Below are positions 1 to 8,574 of a stretch of 33,852 bases of DNA, piece after piece. The number at the start of each line of letters is the position of its first letter. Within the stretch, counting starts at the first letter, position 1. Source of the stretch: Cyanobacteria bacterium auto_48_18 (GTDB lineage Bacteria; Cyanobacteriota; Vampirovibrionia; Obscuribacterales; Obscuribacteraceae). Location of the stretch: positions 185,315 to 219,166 of the forward strand of contig JAVHQC010000011.1 of NCBI GenBank assembly GCA_036170915.1. The letters are read 5' to 3'. The notes below the pieces were generated by a model. It saw only the letters and a list, made by a program, of their open reading frames with translations, was not told where the DNA came from and made no database searches. The position numbers and the translations under genes are program-made.

Positions 1-2
1 CC

Positions 3-92
3 TCGCAGACTATTCAGAGTGCCCCACCCACAAGCTGGACTGAAGACGATATTCTCAAGAATACTGCTCCGCTGATGCGTGGTCTAAAATAG
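3..92 (+). CDS. Probable 3' end of an upstream gene cut by the window edge (SQTIQSAPPTSWTEDDILKNTAPLMRGLK*)
   Basis: Longest open + frame from the window start; stop TAG at 90-92, just before the putative promoter of the next gene. No family recognisable. Confidence 0.35.
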   Translation, partial: SQTIQSAPPTSWTEDDILKNTAPLMRGLK

Positions 93-100
93 GCTCACCT

Positions 101-106
101 TACAAT
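101..106 (+). promoter_or_regulatory. Putative sigma70-type -10 element (TACAAT) for the yqeY-like/ychJ-like pair
   Basis: TACAAT 24 nt upstream of ATG 131, followed by an A-rich leader; no clear -35. Confidence 0.35.
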
Positions 107-130
107 AGTGTTGACAGAAGAAAGAAAATT

Positions 131-577
131 ATGAGCCTCAAAGAAAAAATTTCAGAAGATCTCAAGCTCGCTATGAAAGCTCGAGACCAGTCACGCATTG
201 ATACATTGCGCTCGGCGCTCTCTGCCTTTTCGTACAAAAAAATTGGTTCGGATTCTAAAGACGAACTTGACGCTGAGGCCGAAATAGCTGTTTTGCAGAA
301 ATTGGTAAAGCAGCGCAATGACTCTATTTCTGAATTCACTAAAGCTAATCGCATGGAGCTTGTCAGCAAGGAAGTGGCAGAGAAAGACATCCTTGCAGCA
401 TATCTACCACAACAAAAATCAGAAGCTGAAATTCGCGTTATGGTCAAAGATATTGTCGATGCCTTGCCGCCGGAAGGCCGCAACCAGGGTGCGGCAATGA
501 AGGCAGTGATGCCGCAACTGAAAGGTCTGGCGGACGGCAATCTTGTGCGTCAGATAGTCACTGATTTGTTGAAATAA
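131..577 (+). CDS. GatB/YqeY domain protein
   Basis: 148 aa; typical YqeY pattern MSLKEKISEDLKLAMKARD...LQKLVKQRNDSISEF...E..IL..YLPQQ.SE.E...G.AMK.VMP.LKG.ADG..V. Confidence 0.93.
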   Translation: MSLKEKISEDLKLAMKARDQSRIDTLRSALSAFSYKKIGSDSKDELDAEAEIAVLQKLVKQRNDSISEFTKANRMELVSKEVAEKDILAAYLPQQKSEAEIRVMVKDIVDALPPEGRNQGAAMKAVMPQLKGLADGNLVRQIVTDLLK

Positions 578-593
578 TTACTGATCGCTTTAA

Positions 594-1022
594 ATGGGAG
601 ACCTGATGGTTTTAAAGGACAAATATGCTCCTTGCCCATGCAGCAGCCAGATCGTTTATCACAAGTGCTGCAAACCCTATCATGATGGTGTCATTCCAGA
701 TACTGCACTTTTATTGATGCGCTCTCGCTATGCCGCCTACGCTCTGGGCCTGGCTGATTACCTTATCAGCACCACCCATCCTGATCATCCCGCTTACAAT
801 CCTGATTTTGTGGAATGGAAAGCTGATCTGATCAATTTTTCGCGAGGCACTAGTTTTCACGGCCTCAAAATTAACGAGTTTATTGATGGTGACCCATGGG
901 CTTATGTCACATTTAGTGCCTATTTACGTCAAGGTGAGCACGATTCGACATTTTGCGAGAAGAGCACTTTTTTAAAGGTTGACGGCCGCTGGCTTTATCA
1001 GGCTGGTGTGCTGGGCGACTAG
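594..1022 (+). CDS. YchJ (UPF0225) family protein with N-terminal SEC-C-like metal-binding motif
   Basis: CPCSS...YHKCCKPYHDG, LLMRSRYAAY, YLISTTHP and C-terminal EKSTF...DGRWLY are YchJ hallmarks. Confidence 0.9.
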   Translation: MGDLMVLKDKYAPCPCSSQIVYHKCCKPYHDGVIPDTALLLMRSRYAAYALGLADYLISTTHPDHPAYNPDFVEWKADLINFSRGTSFHGLKINEFIDGDPWAYVTFSAYLRQGEHDSTFCEKSTFLKVDGRWLYQAGVLGD

Positions 1023-1023
1023 C

Positions 1024-1698
1024 TTATTTATAAACATAGTCCCAGCCAGAATCGGTTTTTTGATGATCTGAATCTGAAGCCCTCACTACTGTTGGCGGCG
1101 CTTTAGGACCAGTATATTTAACTACTGGTGGTGCCTGGCGCTGTGTAGTCTTTTTAGCGGCAGTAGGGGCGCCAGCAGCTGCAGTAGAAGTTGTTTTAGT
1201 GAAGCCGGGCCCGGGCCCTGCTACCGCAGGCGGCTTCTGCATGGACAGCACCTTTTTGATATCGACAATATCGCGTTCAATAGCTGATTTTTCAGCTGCC
1301 GGCGGATTGAGCTTGAGACATTTTTCAAAGGTTGTAATCGTCTCTTTATAGCGCTTTTGTTTAAGCAAAGCGTTGGCCAGATTACTCCAGGTAACCCAGT
1401 CTTTATCGTTGAGAGTGAGAGCCTTGCGTAAGGCCTGCTCGGCGCTTTCGTAGTCTTCTAGTTTGCGATAACAATAGCCAAGATTGACATAAAAATCTGG
1501 ATCATAAGGAAAGCGTGATATGGCTTCATGATAGTTATCGACTGCGTCTTCAAAGCGCTGCTTCTCTAGATATTTATTGGCTAGATTATAGTAAGGAATG
1601 GCGTCACTACGGTCAGCTTTTTGCTGCGCACCACTAGCCTGAATGCTCAGGCAAAACAAAATAGTCATAAATTTGAATACTGTCTCTTTTGTTTTCAT
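1024..1698 (-). CDS. Exported tetratricopeptide repeat protein with Pro/Thr/Ala-rich tail
   Basis: Signal-like N-terminus; three TPRs (YYNLANKY..., YVNLGYCY..., WSNLANAL...). ATG overlaps the upstream stop (TAATG at 1698). Confidence 0.85.
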   Translation of the reverse strand: MKTKETVFKFMTILFCLSIQASGAQQKADRSDAIPYYNLANKYLEKQRFEDAVDNYHEAISRFPYDPDFYVNLGYCYRKLEDYESAEQALRKALTLNDKDWVTWSNLANALLKQKRYKETITTFEKCLKLNPPAAEKSAIERDIVDIKKVLSMQKPPAVAGPGPGFTKTTSTAAAGAPTAAKKTTQRQAPPVVKYTGPKAPPTVVRASDSDHQKTDSGWDYVYK

Positions 1699-3179
1699 TA
1701 GCGGTTCAAGTCTGGCCAGCTTAAAATTTTGTCGTCATCAATTGTAGCGAACGGATCTCCCTGAGGCATTGGGTCACCAGGTTTGACCGAGATGTCGTTG
1801 AGCTCAAGAGTTACTGCACGCAGTTCTTTTTCTTGCGGTTTGGTCATCACATGGCCTGCTACTTCAGTTTTGACCTGGCGTTGTTGTTCCAACAACCTGG
1901 CGGCTGTAGCTTTCTCTTTCTCTTTCTCTCTTTGTTTCGCCAGCTTTTTCATTTTCGCTTTTAGTTCGCGCTCATGAGTAGACTTAAGAATGCGTGATTT
2001 CAGTTCTTCATTTTTGAGCAGCATGTCGACAATTTCTTTGTTTATTTGCGCGCGCTTTTCTTGCTCGCGATGATTTTGAATGTAGGCTAGATATTTGCCA
2101 AAATTCCAGGTCATCTGAAAATTCCAACCGGTTATGTCCGAATTGGCAGGGAAGGCCAGAATACGAGAATGATTAAGATCACGTATGGCCTCTACCAGGC
2201 ATTTGTTGAGAACCGGGTCGGCTGTGCTGGCATAAATGCTGCCTTTCAAATTGCCTTTGCGATCTACACTGAAAATGACAGCTGCTGCACCTCTTACTTG
2301 ATCTGTAGCTTCGGCGCTGAGACGCTTCAATAAAACGTGTTGAATAGAGCGCTTAAAGCGCGCAATCCAGAAATCCCAGGCGGCAGTGCCTTCTGGCGCC
2401 TGGTGATAGACAGTCAGGCCTTCCGCATGGCTGGCCCATTGCGGCACGTTCATAGATTTGCTTTTGTCTACCAGGTCTAGCATTTCATCCATGTGCATTA
2501 TTTCTGCCGGACCGCCGGTAGCACGAGCTGAGCTTTCGCCATTAGGATGACCGGCCGATTTGATCATTTTTTTGCCATTGCGAATGGCACCATTTATAGA
2601 ACCGAAAAAGTCTGGCATTTCAAAAGGCGAAGCACTGGTGGTGCTGCTTGAAGCTGGTGAGATGGTAGTGGTGTTGGGCACTGGTTTGGTCAAGCCAAGA
2701 AATTCAGTAACCCCAGTGGTCATCTGGCTGAACCAGTCTTTCGGTTTTGCCGGAGCCGCTGGTAAAACCAATTTAGTTTTGTCCAGGCCTTCTAGTTTTT
2801 CTTCGGCAAAGGAGCTTATCATCTCTGGCGGAACCAGTCTGGCCGCCATTTCTAGCTGTTTAAGAGCAGACATGTCATAGCCCTGCTTCTTTAAAGCCAG
2901 ACCCAAGTAATAGTGCGTTTTGCCGTCCTCAGGATGAGCTTTCAGATCTTTTGCCAGTAAAGTAGCGGCTTCACCATAACGGCCGGCTTTGTATGCTTTT
3001 AGAGCCTGATTGACGGCCGCCTTAGAATCAAATTTTTCCGTCTCTGGCGTCTCTGGCTTATCTTTTTTGGCAGATTGCGCCAGAAGTGGTTCAGCGTTGC
3101 TGCTTAGAACTAGTGACAAAGCCAGCAATAATTTTGCCGTAGTTAAAATACCGGCATTAGTAGTGGCACGTTGAGACAT
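1698..3179 (-). CDS. Exported protein with N-terminal TPR, TonB/TolA C-terminal-like domain and charged coiled coil
   Basis: Signal peptide (KLLLALSLVLSS...LLAQ); TPR (AYKAGRYGEAA...THYYLGLALKKQG); TonB_C-like segment WIARFKRSI...AAVIFSVDRKGNL...DPVLNKCLVEAI...LAFP; K/E-rich helix. Confidence 0.7.
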   Translation of the reverse strand: MSQRATTNAGILTTAKLLLALSLVLSSNAEPLLAQSAKKDKPETPETEKFDSKAAVNQALKAYKAGRYGEAATLLAKDLKAHPEDGKTHYYLGLALKKQGYDMSALKQLEMAARLVPPEMISSFAEEKLEGLDKTKLVLPAAPAKPKDWFSQMTTGVTEFLGLTKPVPNTTTISPASSSTTSASPFEMPDFFGSINGAIRNGKKMIKSAGHPNGESSARATGGPAEIMHMDEMLDLVDKSKSMNVPQWASHAEGLTVYHQAPEGTAAWDFWIARFKRSIQHVLLKRLSAEATDQVRGAAAVIFSVDRKGNLKGSIYASTADPVLNKCLVEAIRDLNHSRILAFPANSDITGWNFQMTWNFGKYLAYIQNHREQEKRAQINKEIVDMLLKNEELKSRILKSTHERELKAKMKKLAKQREKEKEKATAARLLEQQRQVKTEVAGHVMTKPQEKELRAVTLELNDISVKPGDPMPQGDPFATIDDDKILSWPDLNR

Positions 3180-3186
3180 CAGTTGA

Positions 3187-4800
3187 TCAAGTCGCAGTAG
3201 GATTTTGCATGTCTTTGAACATTACAATCGGATAGTTATTACGTTGTGCCACCAGTTTTGATGCCTTAGCCGCAGATAGCAGTAGACCCGTATCTTTGCA
3301 GTCTTCCGGCATGCCGGCCACTCCAAAGGCCAGCGCCAGATTGTCGGCACTGGAATCAGGGCCAAGCTGCCGCATTCTCAACATCTCTAAAATTCTGTGC
3401 GCCAGCATAGCGGCCGCTGGTGTCTCAGTATTTGGCAGAAGAATGACGTAGCTCAGTGCTTCAAAATGAGCAAAAAGATCGAGTGAGCGGGTAGCTGATC
3501 TAATTCGAACGGCAGCTTCTTGCAAAGACGATGGTGTGAGCGGCTGCAACTGATTGTTGTGCCAGTTCCACATTTCAAATATGATCACCGAATATGGTGT
3601 CTGATAAAGCTTGTAACGTTGAAATTCTTGTTCTAAAAAATAGTGAAAGGACGGATAAGAAGTAATGCCCGTGTCAGGGCGAGCCAGCATTTTATTGACT
3701 CGCTCAATAGCCACCACATCAATGGCCGTCGATTCCAGCCCGGCCGTTCTATCGTCTTTAGCCGATTTTTTGTTGATGGTGATCAAGTCGCAATTAAGCA
3801 GATTGAAGAGAATCGGTACCCACTCTTTCTTTACCATGGGCCGCTTGCGCAATAGATCAAAAAGAGTTTCACAACCATCAAGTTGCAGATAAAAAGCTTT
3901 CTGTTGTGCCATATCTACAGGCGCGCCTTTCGATATGCGTTTTTCAAAATCTTGTTCGGACAAAAGTGGCACTTTTTTGTCGATATAAGCTTCCATTTTT
4001 AAACCGGCTGCCATCAGCGACTTGCTCTGGTCTACCAGGGTAAGCCCTTCCATCATCAAAACATCTATACGTTTGACGATTGTCTTCAGGGTAGATTTTT
4101 CATCGCGATAAAAATAGAACTTGCCTTTTTCCCAAGTGACCAATTCCATAATTGCCTGTTCGCCTTGCAAGTCCATGGCGGTGGCGTGACACAAAGTACC
4201 GTCGTCGAAAAATAATTCAGAAGCCGACTGACCGTTGTCTACAAACAAACAACCGGTCATTTTGCCCATGCTGATTGATTGCAATAAGTTAGGCACGGAT
4301 AGGTCGGCAAGATCGCCTTCCATGGTGGCAATTTTTGAGGAGCGGCTGGCGTTAATAACCGGATGTCTTTGGCCTGTGGTAGCTTGCAGGCCAAGAAAAG
4401 ACGTGCTGTATGAACTTGAGGTGTTCGTGTTTATTCGGGTTTGTACTGTGCCACCCAACATGGCCGAGTCGCCCAGGGGCAGAGTATCGCCGGTGCATTC
4501 TGCAATTACCAGATTTAAAATCAGGGCCAGGTCCCCACTGGGATAGGTCCATATCTCACGCAGGGCGCGATTTAAGCCTTCAGTTAGTTGCCAGATTGGT
4601 TCTCCGCCTTGCAGACTGATATGACAGACCAGGGCTAGATTGACATCAGTGCCGGGCCGCAACCAGGAAAGCTCGATGCGACGGCCCGGTGTTTTTTGCG
4701 CAAGCTCCAACATTTCGGTTATGTCTTTACTGGCCGGCAAAGACTCAAGACGCGGCAGGCGAAGAGGTAGGGAGTTCGGATCTACTTTCGGTCGATACAT
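3187..4800 (-). CDS. DUF4388 (PatA_N-like) domain protein with C-terminal degenerate GGDEF-like domain
   Basis: DUF4388 signature MEGDLADLSVPNLLQSISMGKMTGCL...LFFDDGTLCHA...GEQAIMELVTWEKGKFYF. C-terminal DTG...FLEQEFQRY...YSVIIF...RSLDLFAHFEALSYVILLPNT...FGVA matches the GGDEF fold without the GG(D/E)EF motif. Confidence 0.8.
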   Translation of the reverse strand: MYRPKVDPNSLPLRLPRLESLPASKDITEMLELAQKTPGRRIELSWLRPGTDVNLALVCHISLQGGEPIWQLTEGLNRALREIWTYPSGDLALILNLVIAECTGDTLPLGDSAMLGGTVQTRINTNTSSSYSTSFLGLQATTGQRHPVINASRSSKIATMEGDLADLSVPNLLQSISMGKMTGCLFVDNGQSASELFFDDGTLCHATAMDLQGEQAIMELVTWEKGKFYFYRDEKSTLKTIVKRIDVLMMEGLTLVDQSKSLMAAGLKMEAYIDKKVPLLSEQDFEKRISKGAPVDMAQQKAFYLQLDGCETLFDLLRKRPMVKKEWVPILFNLLNCDLITINKKSAKDDRTAGLESTAIDVVAIERVNKMLARPDTGITSYPSFHYFLEQEFQRYKLYQTPYSVIIFEMWNWHNNQLQPLTPSSLQEAAVRIRSATRSLDLFAHFEALSYVILLPNTETPAAAMLAHRILEMLRMRQLGPDSSADNLALAFGVAGMPEDCKDTGLLLSAAKASKLVAQRNNYPIVMFKDMQNPTAT

Positions 4801-5050
4801 TGAAGCCGTATTTTTCCGGGAAACACTGATTAAGACTAACAGACTGTTGCCAAAATGTGGATCTAAAGTGGTCGTCTTGGCCGGCTGTCAGCATAAACTT
4901 TTTTGCAGCACTAAGAACTGTAATTTCAGTGAGGACCTTGATTTTGACTATTGTTTGAGCAAAAACCAGATGGAAAACTTGGGTAGATTGCTGGATTTTA
5001 TAGTGACAATGCTATTAACTTGGTTATTGTCAGACAAGAAGAGCGCTTAA

Positions 5051-5905
5051 ATGGACCGCACAAAATTAGCGAAAATCGCCAACCTTCCAGATCACTTTGT
5101 GCTTCAGTCGCTGGTAGAAATGGCGTCAATGATTCGCAGTTCGCTTATAGCTTTACCCTTTGAAAGGCCAAACGCTTCTCCGCAGGTAGTTACCTGCACA
5201 TTTGCGTTTGCCACCACCAATGTTCCAAGATGGTGCCTCTATGCCGGCGAAAGTGAAGATGCCCAGGTGATCTGGACCAGAGACAGCGCTGATCTGGCCG
5301 AAATGAGCGCGCTCTTGGCCTCTGGAGGTGCCCCGCATCAGCCTGAGCTTGAGCGCCGCAATCAGCCCAATGCCACAGCTTTGCCTGAGCCGGCGGTATT
5401 TGACCAGGACACTTTCGATGCCTTTTACAAAAAAATGGTCGACAGTAATTCAGGCATGTTTGCTGAAGGCTCTTTTTACTGGTTCCTGTCGCAAGAATTT
5501 CATCGCTACCAGCGCACCAAGCTGGGTTTCGGTATTGTCATTCTGGCTCCGGTGGGTGTTTCTGCTCAAGGTCTCTCCCATTCTCGAGAAGAGATTCTGG
5601 CCTGGCTCGGTCGCATTGTCGTCAGCGAAGTACGCAAACTCGATTATGTTTGCCACTTCAACGGCATGATTGGTATGGTCCTAGCCGGCTCAACTCTTGA
5701 AGAATCAGAAACCTGTGCCCAACGCATTATCGAAATTGCCATGGTGCGCAATCAAAGCCAACGGTTTGAGGAAAACTTTAGACCTTACGCCGGAGTGGCC
5801 GCTATTCCGCAGACTTGCGAACATCCCGGTATTATCATTGCTGCGGCTCAGAAGTGCCTGGAAAATAGTATGGCCACCAATGTAGCCGTTACTGCTTTCC
5901 GATAG
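5051..5905 (+). CDS. Degenerate GGDEF-like domain protein, paralogue of 3187-4800 lacking DUF4388
   Basis: DSNSG...FLSQEFHRY...FGIVIL...RKLDYVCHFNGMIGMVLAG...AQRI...AGVA; no GGDEF motif; N-terminal region resembles that of the divergent neighbour. Confidence 0.72.
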   Translation: MDRTKLAKIANLPDHFVLQSLVEMASMIRSSLIALPFERPNASPQVVTCTFAFATTNVPRWCLYAGESEDAQVIWTRDSADLAEMSALLASGGAPHQPELERRNQPNATALPEPAVFDQDTFDAFYKKMVDSNSGMFAEGSFYWFLSQEFHRYQRTKLGFGIVILAPVGVSAQGLSHSREEILAWLGRIVVSEVRKLDYVCHFNGMIGMVLAGSTLEESETCAQRIIEIAMVRNQSQRFEENFRPYAGVAAIPQTCEHPGIIIAAAQKCLENSMATNVAVTAFR

Positions 5906-7076
5906 AAATTGCTGTAAGTTGTTCGACGAATGTCTTTATGCGTGTCAATGCCAGCTCGATTTTTTCAACTGAAGTGGCGTAGCTGCATCTAATATGAGCG
6001 GCACCACCAGCACCGAATGCAGTGCCAGGCACCACTGCCACATGTTGTTCGAATAAAAGTCTTTCGGCAAATTCTTCTGCACTGAGACCGGTGGCAGCGA
6101 CGCTGGGGAAAGCGTAAAAGGCGCCTTGAGGCATGTGGCATTGCAGACCAATGGCGTTGAAGCCATCAACCATGACTTTGCGCCTCTGGCCATACTGGCT
6201 GACCATATCAAGCACTTGCGGCTCAGCGCTTTTAATTGCTTCAAGTGCGGCTTTTTGGCCTGTAATAGGCGCGCATAGCATGGTGTAGGAATGAATTTTC
6301 ATCATCGTAGACATAATTGAGGCTGGCCCACAGATGTAGCCAATGCGCCAGCCGGTCATGGCATAAGCTTTCGAAAATCCGTTAAAGAGAATGGTGCGCT
6401 CATAAGCGCCAACGATAGAGGGCACGCAAGTGTGTTCACCTTCATAAATGAGGCGATCATAAATTTCGTCGCTAAGAATATAAAGCCCGTTCTCTTCGGC
6501 AAAGCTCACCACATTTTGCAATATCGAAAGCGGCATGGTGACACCAGTAGGATTGGACGGATAGCCAATCAGAATGGCTTTGGTGCGGCTGGTTAGCTTA
6601 TCTCGCAAACGCTCTATATCAATAGCAAAATTGTCTGACGCATGTGTTTCGATTGGCACAGGCACGCCGCCTGCCAGGGCGACGCAGGGTTTGTACGAGA
6701 CATAGCAAGGCTCAGGCACCAGCACTTCGTCACCAGGGTCAAGAATGGTGCGCAGGGCTATGTCTAGACCTTCCGATACACCCACGGTAATTAAAATCTG
6801 ATCTTCAGGACTATAACTAACGCCATATCTTTTTTCCAAATAAGCGCTGATTTCACGACGCAGTTCAATTAGGCCCCAGTTGGAAGTATAAGAGGTTTGA
6901 CCGCGCTCTAGAGAATAGATGGCAGCTTCTCTAATTTGCCAGGGAGTGACAAAATCTGGTTCGCCGACACCAAGCGAAATTACGTCTTGCATTGAGGCGG
7001 CTATGTCGAAAAACCTTCTGATACCTGACACGGGTAACTGACTGGCTATGGTCGCTATAGGCTTTAATGCTGACAT
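5889..7076 (-). CDS. PLP-dependent aminotransferase class I/II (Bacillus YugH/PatA-like)
   Basis: ISLGVGEPDF, YTSNWG..ELR, PSNPTG, SDEIYD, PLP-lysine motif NGFSKAYAMTGWRIGY, PQGAFY, VAVVPG.AFG...HIRCSYA. Confidence 0.95.
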   Translation of the reverse strand: MSALKPIATIASQLPVSGIRRFFDIAASMQDVISLGVGEPDFVTPWQIREAAIYSLERGQTSYTSNWGLIELRREISAYLEKRYGVSYSPEDQILITVGVSEGLDIALRTILDPGDEVLVPEPCYVSYKPCVALAGGVPVPIETHASDNFAIDIERLRDKLTSRTKAILIGYPSNPTGVTMPLSILQNVVSFAEENGLYILSDEIYDRLIYEGEHTCVPSIVGAYERTILFNGFSKAYAMTGWRIGYICGPASIMSTMMKIHSYTMLCAPITGQKAALEAIKSAEPQVLDMVSQYGQRRKVMVDGFNAIGLQCHMPQGAFYAFPSVAATGLSAEEFAERLLFEQHVAVVPGTAFGAGGAAHIRCSYATSVEKIELALTRIKTFVEQLTAISIGKQ

Positions 7077-7093
7077 AGACCTGAGTTGTTGTG

Positions 7094-7585
7094 TTAGGGC
7101 GCGATCACTAATCGTTCGTTGCTTTCAGCTTCTAAATAAAGCACGTCATCTTCTTTATAGCGTCTCAAGAGAAAATGAGTGACAGTGCCGGTGACACCAT
7201 GAATGGTGGCGAGTTTCTCGGCCACAAAATTAGCCAACTCTTTTAAATTTACTGATTCGACAATCACCCGAAGATCGCTGCCGCCAGATACCAACCAGAC
7301 ACTTTTTACTTCAGGAAATCTGGCAATGCGTCCAGCAATGGCATCAAAACCCACATCACGAGCCGGCACCACTTTGACATCGATAAAAGCGGTGACTTTA
7401 TCAAAACCGACTTTTTCCCAATCGATTACGGCGTTGTAGCGCTTAATCACACCATTTTTTTCGTACTCGCCAATGACGCTGTTAATTTCGTCAAGACTCT
7501 TGCCGGTCAGTTTGGCAATGGTTTCAGGCGTGGTGCGGCCATCTCTATTTAGAATAGAAAGTATTTCACAGAGTTCTGGCTTCAT
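7094..7585 (-). CDS. Lrp/AsnC family transcriptional regulator (YugG-like)
   Basis: N-terminal HTH (EILSILNRDGRTTPETIAKLTG...EKNGVIKRY) and RAM domain (IARFPEVKSVWLVSG..DL...HFLLRRYKEDD); Lrp-aminotransferase pairing as in B. subtilis yugG-yugH. Confidence 0.93.
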   Translation of the reverse strand: MKPELCEILSILNRDGRTTPETIAKLTGKSLDEINSVIGEYEKNGVIKRYNAVIDWEKVGFDKVTAFIDVKVVPARDVGFDAIAGRIARFPEVKSVWLVSGGSDLRVIVESVNLKELANFVAEKLATIHGVTGTVTHFLLRRYKEDDVLYLEAESNERLVIAP

Positions 7586-8574
7586 CTTGATTGCTCGAGC
7601 CTTAATGCCGCTTTACCCTGTTCAATAATTCTCCGCAGCTTGCTCTCGCCGATTTCTTCGATGCTGGGAGCCTTCTCTACCGGGGCAAAAATTTCAGAAT
7701 ACCATTCTGCGCTTTGGAATTTATCCATCCAGTCATCGAGTTTGTTCCATTCTTCGTCATTGAGACCAAGGAGAAAACGAGCTCTAAAGGGATCCACACC
7801 TTCAGCCTCAAACGCTGCCACTCTCAAATCGCGCCCAAGATTGGTATCGAACCGGGCTACACCAGAAGCGTCTACATCTACATCGCCATAAATGTCAAAG
7901 CGTTTAATCAGATCTTGCGCTTCGGCAATATACGAGTCATGTGTGCGTTTGCCTTTTTCTGTTAGTTTATATGCGGCTTTAGTGACGTCAATCTCAATTA
8001 AGCCTTCTTTTTCGGCCCAAGCTATAACATCTACTAATTCGGCATAGTCTTTAGTAACATCGATAATGGTGCCTACTGCAATTTGATGTAAGAAAATCAC
8101 TCGGCTGTAATCTTCAATTTGTTTAGCCATTTTACTTCCGGCATCGAGGCTATCTGGCCCCGGCTGTTGGTTCTGGCTTGTAGCAGAATCAGAATTTGGT
8201 TTTGCTTGAGCTGCGCCTTTAGCAATAACACTGAGGTCGCAGCGCATATATTTAATCGAGTCGCGTTCTGAAGATACGAAGGCCTGAGCGAGTGGTGCCT
8301 CAGGATCGAGTTCTTCGCCATTGGCTTTTAGATCAACCGAATTGGAAATGAAAATGCCATCTTTGTCGCGATCAAATATCAACTTTTGCAGGGCGCGTAG
8401 ATCGTCCAGTTGGCCCTCCGGCAAGCGACCCGCTTCGACCAATTCTTCAGGCGCATCGGCGCCGAGAATTTCAAAAACGATGTCGACTGCCGGTTGGCGC
8501 ACTATACGGTCATCTAATGTGAGCACCACCAGATGCTGATTCAAATGGTCTGACACTCGCAATAAATAATTCAT
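7582..8574 (-). CDS. Hypothetical two-domain protein; possible ubiquitin-like N-terminal domain and winged-helix-containing C-terminal domain
   Basis: 330-aa ORF coupled on both sides (TAATG at 8574, ATGA at 7582-7585). Low-complexity linker at about aa 120-147; wHTH-like AEKEGLIEI...YKLTEKGK. Confidence 0.7.
   Translation of the reverse strand: MNYLLRVSDHLNQHLVVLTLDDRIVRQPAVDIVFEILGADAPEELVEAGRLPEGQLDDLRALQKLIFDRDKDGIFISNSVDLKANGEELDPEAPLAQAFVSSERDSIKYMRCDLSVIAKGAAQAKPNSDSATSQNQQPGPDSLDAGSKMAKQIEDYSRVIFLHQIAVGTIIDVTKDYAELVDVIAWAEKEGLIEIDVTKAAYKLTEKGKRTHDSYIAEAQDLIKRFDIYGDVDVDASGVARFDTNLGRDLRVAAFEAEGVDPFRARFLLGLNDEEWNKLDDWMDKFQSAEWYSEIFAPVEKAPSIEEIGESKLRRIIEQGKAALRLEQSR

Noticed and set aside
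4640..5050. 136-aa + strand ORF across the divergent promoter region
   Set aside because: TTG start, overlaps the DUF4388 gene antisense, no recognisable features; likely spurious.
3187..5905. Active diguanylate cyclases
   Set aside because: Neither protein has the GG(D/E)EF signature.
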